Shown: piece by piece, positions 24,240 through 28,005 of the stretch
Layout of the letters: each line of letters opens with the position of its first letter
Position numbering within the stretch: the stretch's first letter is position 1
Assembly (NCBI GenBank): GCA_044224875.1
Contig: JBGAJQ010000066.1
Location: 1-28,005, forward strand
DNA: 28,005 bases
DNA from: Gemmatimonadaceae bacterium
GTDB lineage: Bacteria > Gemmatimonadota > Gemmatimonadetes > Gemmatimonadales > Gemmatimonadaceae
Direction of reading: 5' to 3'
Notes under the pieces: model-generated
Told to the model about the DNA's origin: nothing
Databases searched by the model: none
What the model saw: the letters and a program-made list of their open reading frames with translations, nothing else
Made by a program: the position numbers and the translations under genes

Positions 24240-26894
24240 ATGATCGTCACCTTCTACTCGTTCAAGGGTGGAGTCGGCCGCTCCATGGCGATGGCGAATA
24301 TCGGCCGCTGGTTGCAGCTGCAGGGATTGAACGTGGTGATGGTGGACTGGGACCTGGAGGCACCCGGACTGGAGACGTTCTTCGCGAGTGACGAAGCACA
24401 GCTGCGCGACTGGCGGCGGCGCGTCGGCCTGTCTGACCTGGTCTCGCTCTACAAGCACGACTTCCCAACCCTCGCCCTGGAGAACGCGACTCGCCCAGAT
24501 GCCGCGGCGCGCCTCGATCGCGTGCTGGCGCCCCTTCGATCCGTATTGATCGATATTCCCGCACCGACCGAGGCGGTGAACACGGACGGGCCAACGCCTG
24601 GAAAGCTCAGGCTCCTTTCGGCTGGCGTGCGCGAGGGCGCCCAGAATTTCGCCGCCTATGCCAATGAGGTCCAATCGATCGATTGGAACGATTTCTACGC
24701 CTCGTATCGAGGACGCGACTACTTCGACTGGATGCGCGCGAGCCTCAAGGATCCATCGCTCGCTGACATCGTGCTCATCGACAGCCGCACCGGCGTCACG
24801 GAGATGGGCGGCGTATGCACTCGACAGATGGCGGACGTGATCGTGGTGCTCGCGGCGCCAAACCGACAGAACGTGGAGGGTGCGGCGCAGATCGCCGAGA
24901 CCTTCAACCGTGCGGATGTCGTGGAGGAGCGCGGCGACCGTCGGGTGAGCGTCATCATGGTTCCAAGTCGCGTCGAGGTGCAGTCGACGGAGATCAAGAT
25001 CGCCTTCGAACGCTACTTCCGCGAACATGCCACCGCATTCATGCCCGACGAGCTGGCACAGCTCAGCGCGGACTTCTGGGAGCTGCGCATCCCCCAGATT
25101 TCCCAATACAGCTATCGCGAGCGCCTGGCGATCGGTGCGCCTGACGGCGATCCCGACCTCGTGAACGCGTACAAGGCGATCGCGGCGAATGTGGCCTGGC
25201 TGGCTCCGTTGCAGAGTCGCGTGCGGCAGGCCATGCGCCCCGAGTTCCGTCGAGTCTTTGGCGAAGAGAGGGTGCGGGCCCTGCTCGACATCGACGCCGA
25301 GTTCGAGCGCGCTCTCAGTGAGATCGCCCCTGAGATGCGACCGCCCGTCAGGGAACTCCTCCTGCGTTTTGTTCAGCTTCGCGCTCGCCCGCACGATGCC
25401 GACGGCAGCCGCACGTGGTTACGCGAGCCGCTGCAGGCCACGCTCGGTCCGGCGATCGACGACGCGCTGCGAGTGGATTTGATTCGAAGCGAGAGCAAGG
25501 ACGGAGAGGTGGTGTTGCAGCTTGCCGATCCCCGGCTCGTCACACATTCCACGGTCCTGTCCAAGTGGATTGAGGCTGACCGGCCGTTCCTGACCTGGCG
25601 GCAGCGGTTGCGAGGGTACCTCGAGGACTGGCAGGGCGTTCGCAAGGATGCCGGGGCGCTGCTGCAAGGCACGTTGCTCAATGAAGCGAAGGCGCTGCTC
25701 CAGGCGAGTGGTGGCAGCTTGCTCCCCGACGAAGAGTCGTTCATTCGCCAGAGCATCGAGCACGACGAGATGCGACTGCAGCGTGAGAGGGAAGCGGAGC
25801 AGGCCGCCACACGAGTTCAGGCGATCCTTCGTACCCCTGCGCCAGCGGCGGTGGCTGTTCAGCCTTCTCGCAGCATGACCATGACGTGGATGACTGTCGC
25901 GGCCGCTGTCGTCGCCCTGACTGCGTGGTGGAGCTTTTCAAAGACTACTGCGAGCAACAGTGCAGTGTCGGCCGTGGACTCGCTAGTCCATGCCGCGAGG
26001 AATCAAGCGAGCGGCTCAAACTTTGCCGCGGCTGAGTCTCTCTACGCACAAGCGCTGGGCATTGACAGCACTTCGGTCGAGGTACTTCAGGAACGAGCGG
26101 CCATGCGCATGCAACTGCGCGACTATCAGGGCGCCATCGCAGACCTCGATGGTGCGCTTCGCTTTGACTCGACTTCCATTGCGCTGTTCAAGCTGCGCGC
26201 CGAAGCGCGCGCCAACACGTCTGACCTTGCCGGGGCACTCGCTGACCTCCAGCGCGTACCGAGTGACTCGCTGAGCTCGAGTGAACTCCGTGAGCGGGCT
26301 GACCTCTCGTACTCGCAGGGCAGGGATACCTTGGCGCTTTCCGATTACACCCTACTGACGAGGAAGGGGTTGGTGGCGGACGGCGAGTTAGGGCGAGCTC
26401 GCGTCTTCGAGGCACTTGGTCGGAAGGACTCGGCCATTGCCGCGTATAAGAAGGCGATTCCGACGATCACGAACTCGACGCAACGGACCGTTGCTGAAGC
26501 GGCCCTCCTCAAGCTCTCGCCCAAGGCGCCGATTCCAGAGGCGATCCAGCCCGTGATTCGGCTCGAGCTTCAGAGCGAGGACGACGCGTCAGTGGCGGAC
26601 ATTCTCGAAAAGACACTCAGTCGTTATGGCTTGAGGCTCGCGCGAGGGGCAGGGCGAAAGTTGTTCACGATTTCCGACTCGTCGAGCGTGGGTGGTGCGG
26701 TGAAGTACTTCTTTCCGGAGGACGCTGAGTTGGCGAACCGTACCAACCTGGCCGTCACGGATGCCGTCACCGCCGTCGGCTCCTACCGGCGTGTCGACAC
26801 GGTATTCGTCAAGGCATCCGACGCGAACCGGAAGCGGCGGCGGGGCGAGATCGACATTGTACTGCCGCAGATCCAGAGACCGTACAAGAAGTAG
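24240..26894 (+). CDS. KGGVGR-variant ParA/MinD-like ATPase fused to an nSTAND1-like helical linker, single TM helix and TPR repeats
   Basis: IVTFYSFKGGVGRSMAMAN, VDWDLEAPGL, LIDSRTG. Linker LSKWIEADRPFL..W..ALLQGTLLNEA..EESFIRQS. TM WMTVAAAVVALTAWW. TPRs such as AESLYAQALGID and DYQGAIADLDGALRFD. C-terminal VKYFFPEDAELA domain. Confidence 0.88.
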   Translation: MIVTFYSFKGGVGRSMAMANIGRWLQLQGLNVVMVDWDLEAPGLETFFASDEAQLRDWRRRVGLSDLVSLYKHDFPTLALENATRPDAAARLDRVLAPLRSVLIDIPAPTEAVNTDGPTPGKLRLLSAGVREGAQNFAAYANEVQSIDWNDFYASYRGRDYFDWMRASLKDPSLADIVLIDSRTGVTEMGGVCTRQMADVIVVLAAPNRQNVEGAAQIAETFNRADVVEERGDRRVSVIMVPSRVEVQSTEIKIAFERYFREHATAFMPDELAQLSADFWELRIPQISQYSYRERLAIGAPDGDPDLVNAYKAIAANVAWLAPLQSRVRQAMRPEFRRVFGEERVRALLDIDAEFERALSEIAPEMRPPVRELLLRFVQLRARPHDADGSRTWLREPLQATLGPAIDDALRVDLIRSESKDGEVVLQLADPRLVTHSTVLSKWIEADRPFLTWRQRLRGYLEDWQGVRKDAGALLQGTLLNEAKALLQASGGSLLPDEESFIRQSIEHDEMRLQREREAEQAATRVQAILRTPAPAAVAVQPSRSMTMTWMTVAAAVVALTAWWSFSKTTASNSAVSAVDSLVHAARNQASGSNFAAAESLYAQALGIDSTSVEVLQERAAMRMQLRDYQGAIADLDGALRFDSTSIALFKLRAEARANTSDLAGALADLQRVPSDSLSSSELRERADLSYSQGRDTLALSDYTLLTRKGLVADGELGRARVFEALGRKDSAIAAYKKAIPTITNSTQRTVAEAALLKLSPKAPIPEAIQPVIRLELQSEDDASVADILEKTLSRYGLRLARGAGRKLFTISDSSSVGGAVKYFFPEDAELANRTNLAVTDAVTAVGSYRRVDTVFVKASDANRKRRRGEIDIVLPQIQRPYKK

Positions 26895-26925
26895 CGACTG
26901 GCTCATGGCGGCGCAGCGTTCGCGA

Positions 26926-27318
26926 TCACCTCGCGGGGACGTAGGTACTCCGAAACTTGGCCGGTCGCATCGCCCACCCGTCCTTTCCCTTGGCGTCGTT
27001 GTAGACCAGGTACCATCCCCGCTGGTACTTGGTGACGCCCTCCTTCGTGCGCACTTCGCCCGCTTCGTCAGCAACAACGGCCCAGACCGGAGTGACCTTC
27101 CGGTACACGCCACGAGAGACCTCGCGGTACGTTCGGGCGAAGACGCGCGAGTCGACGGTGTAGACTTCCCCATCGTTGTTCACGAGCCAGTCGCCGGCCT
27201 TGCATCGTTGTACGGCGCCCCACTTCTTGTACGCGAAGCCCTTCGTGTCGAGGCTGAGTTGTACAGCTGCAACGTCTGTTTGGGCGCGCTTTCGGTACTT
27301 CTTCATTCGTGTCGCCAC
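26926..27318 (-). CDS. Small basic protein with two PGDYG-like repeats
   Basis: GAGG RBS 7 nt before GTG 27318 (alternative ATG 27306). Repeat 1: YRKR..VAAVQ..KAGDWLVNNDGEVYTVDSRVFARTY. Repeat 2: YRKVTPVWAVV..VRTKEG..RGWYLV..GWAMRPAKFRSTY. Confidence 0.8.
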   Translation of the reverse strand: MATRMKKYRKRAQTDVAAVQLSLDTKGFAYKKWGAVQRCKAGDWLVNNDGEVYTVDSRVFARTYREVSRGVYRKVTPVWAVVADEAGEVRTKEGVTKYQRGWYLVYNDAKGKDGWAMRPAKFRSTYVPAR

Positions 27319-27339
27319 GCGTTCACCTCTGTGGAAGAG

Positions 27340-27369
27340 CCCTGGCGCCACCGCTCCTGGGCGCCAGGG
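27340..27369. repeat. GC-rich hairpin (10-bp perfect stem, 10-nt loop) immediately upstream of the RBS of the PGDYG-like gene
   Basis: CCCTGGCGCC (27340-27349) pairs with GGCGCCAGGG (27360-27369). No U-tract on either side. Function unknown. Confidence 0.55.
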
Positions 27370-27719
27370 ACTCCCAAAGCTCGCGACGAGATCGCGTCGT
27401 CACCAGTCGCTAGTTCAGGTCGAAATGCGGACGGGAAATGGTTGGGATCGACTCGCTGCGCCGCGTCCTCCTTTGCAGCGCGTCCATGTTCTCTGGTTTG
27501 TCCATCCGCCCGAGCGATTCGACGACGTCGTCCCGGTGGCACCGACAGGATCCCGCCGAGCCCCTCTCTCGCCCGCGTTGCGTTGTATCGCCGGTCGATG
27601 AAGAGCGGCGCTGTGACGTCCCGCACGCCCCGAGTCTTGCGATGGGTTGCCCCATGAGCTCCAATTTACTGTCTCCCTGGCGAACGGGCAGTAACTTGCA
27701 CGCTTTGGTGGAGGAGCAG

Positions 27720-28005
27720 ATGGCACGACGCATCTTCATCGGGAGCTCTCGAGAGGGCTCATCGCTGGCAGCAGTTATTGGTCAGTTTGTCCAACAGGCG
27801 GGGTTGGAGCCTCTCGTTTGGACCGAGGTGTTCCCGGCGGGTGAGGTCTTGCTCGACCGCATCGAACAGCTGCCGCAGATGATCGATGGCGCCATACTCG
27901 TTGTGACCCCCGACCTCGAGTCACTGCGCCGCGCGACCGGCGAGTCGAGTCGGCAACCAGTGCCTAACGTCGTGTTCGAATACGGTTACCTGTCCGGACG
28001 ACTTA
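27720..28005 (+). CDS. TIR domain of the Cap12/Pycsar-effector (predicted nucleotide-binding TIR-like) type, truncated by the window edge
   Basis: Not in the ORF track. GGAGGAG RBS, then MARRIFIGSSREGSSLAAVIGQFVQQAGLEPLVWTEVFPAGEVLLDRIEQLPQMIDGAILVVTPDL...PVPNVVFEYGYLSGRL, matching the IFIGSS, W..F..G, TPD and NVxFExG motifs. Confidence 0.88.
   Translation, partial: MARRIFIGSSREGSSLAAVIGQFVQQAGLEPLVWTEVFPAGEVLLDRIEQLPQMIDGAILVVTPDLESLRRATGESSRQPVPNVVFEYGYLSGRL

Noticed and set aside
23550..25394. 614-aa minus-strand ORF
   Set aside because: Antisense shadow of the TIR and ATPase genes, a common artefact of high-GC codon usage.
23130..26894. FxSxx-COOH RiPP biosynthetic cluster, or a chromosome-partition/MinD locus
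   Set aside because: No precursor peptide or radical SAM gene, no ParB/MinC/MinE, and the ATPase is fused to TM-TPR.
27374..27719. Short ORFs in the spacer between the PGDYG-like gene and the last TIR
   Set aside because: Several overlapping frames on both strands, none with a clear RBS or recognisable motif. Treated as a divergent intergenic region.
16223..28005. Canonical Thoeris, CBASS or Pycsar call
   Set aside because: No ThsA, CD-NTase or cyclase is recognisable within the window, although one could lie beyond the right edge.
1..28005. CRISPR array, tRNA/rRNA, IS element
   Set aside because: No regularly spaced direct repeats, structural RNA signatures, transposase motifs or terminal inverted repeats were seen by eye.

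Overview
High-GC bacterial chromosomal DNA. The ADOP permease/PadR pair suggests Gemmatimonadota or Acidobacteriota (inference). The left 16 kb is a mosaic of accessory genes: a partial ADOP-type ABC permease with PadR, a GT39-like membrane protein, a PH-domain protein, an internally deleted SDR with SRPBCC and ECF-SnoaL sigma genes, a beta-helix lipoprotein, VOC, HxlR-SCP2 regulator, BBE-type FAD oxidoreductase, SMP-30 and an AlkZ-like glycosylase. The right 12 kb (16223-28005) looks like an immunity/conflict island with four different TIR proteins, each retaining the catalytic Glu: TIR plus unknown domain, a TIR-HAD phosphatase fusion, an FxsC-like TIR, and a Cap12/Pycsar-type TIR cut by the window edge. 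The island also holds an alpha/beta-hydrolase fused to a TPR-S/DUF4071-like sensor, a tight four-gene operon (multi-pass membrane protein, M15 peptidoglycan peptidase, TIR, KGGVGR-variant ParA/MinD ATPase-TM-TPR receptor) and a tandem PGDYG-like small protein. No rRNA, tRNA, CRISPR array, transposase or integrase was seen. All family calls come from motif recognition by eye, not database searches.
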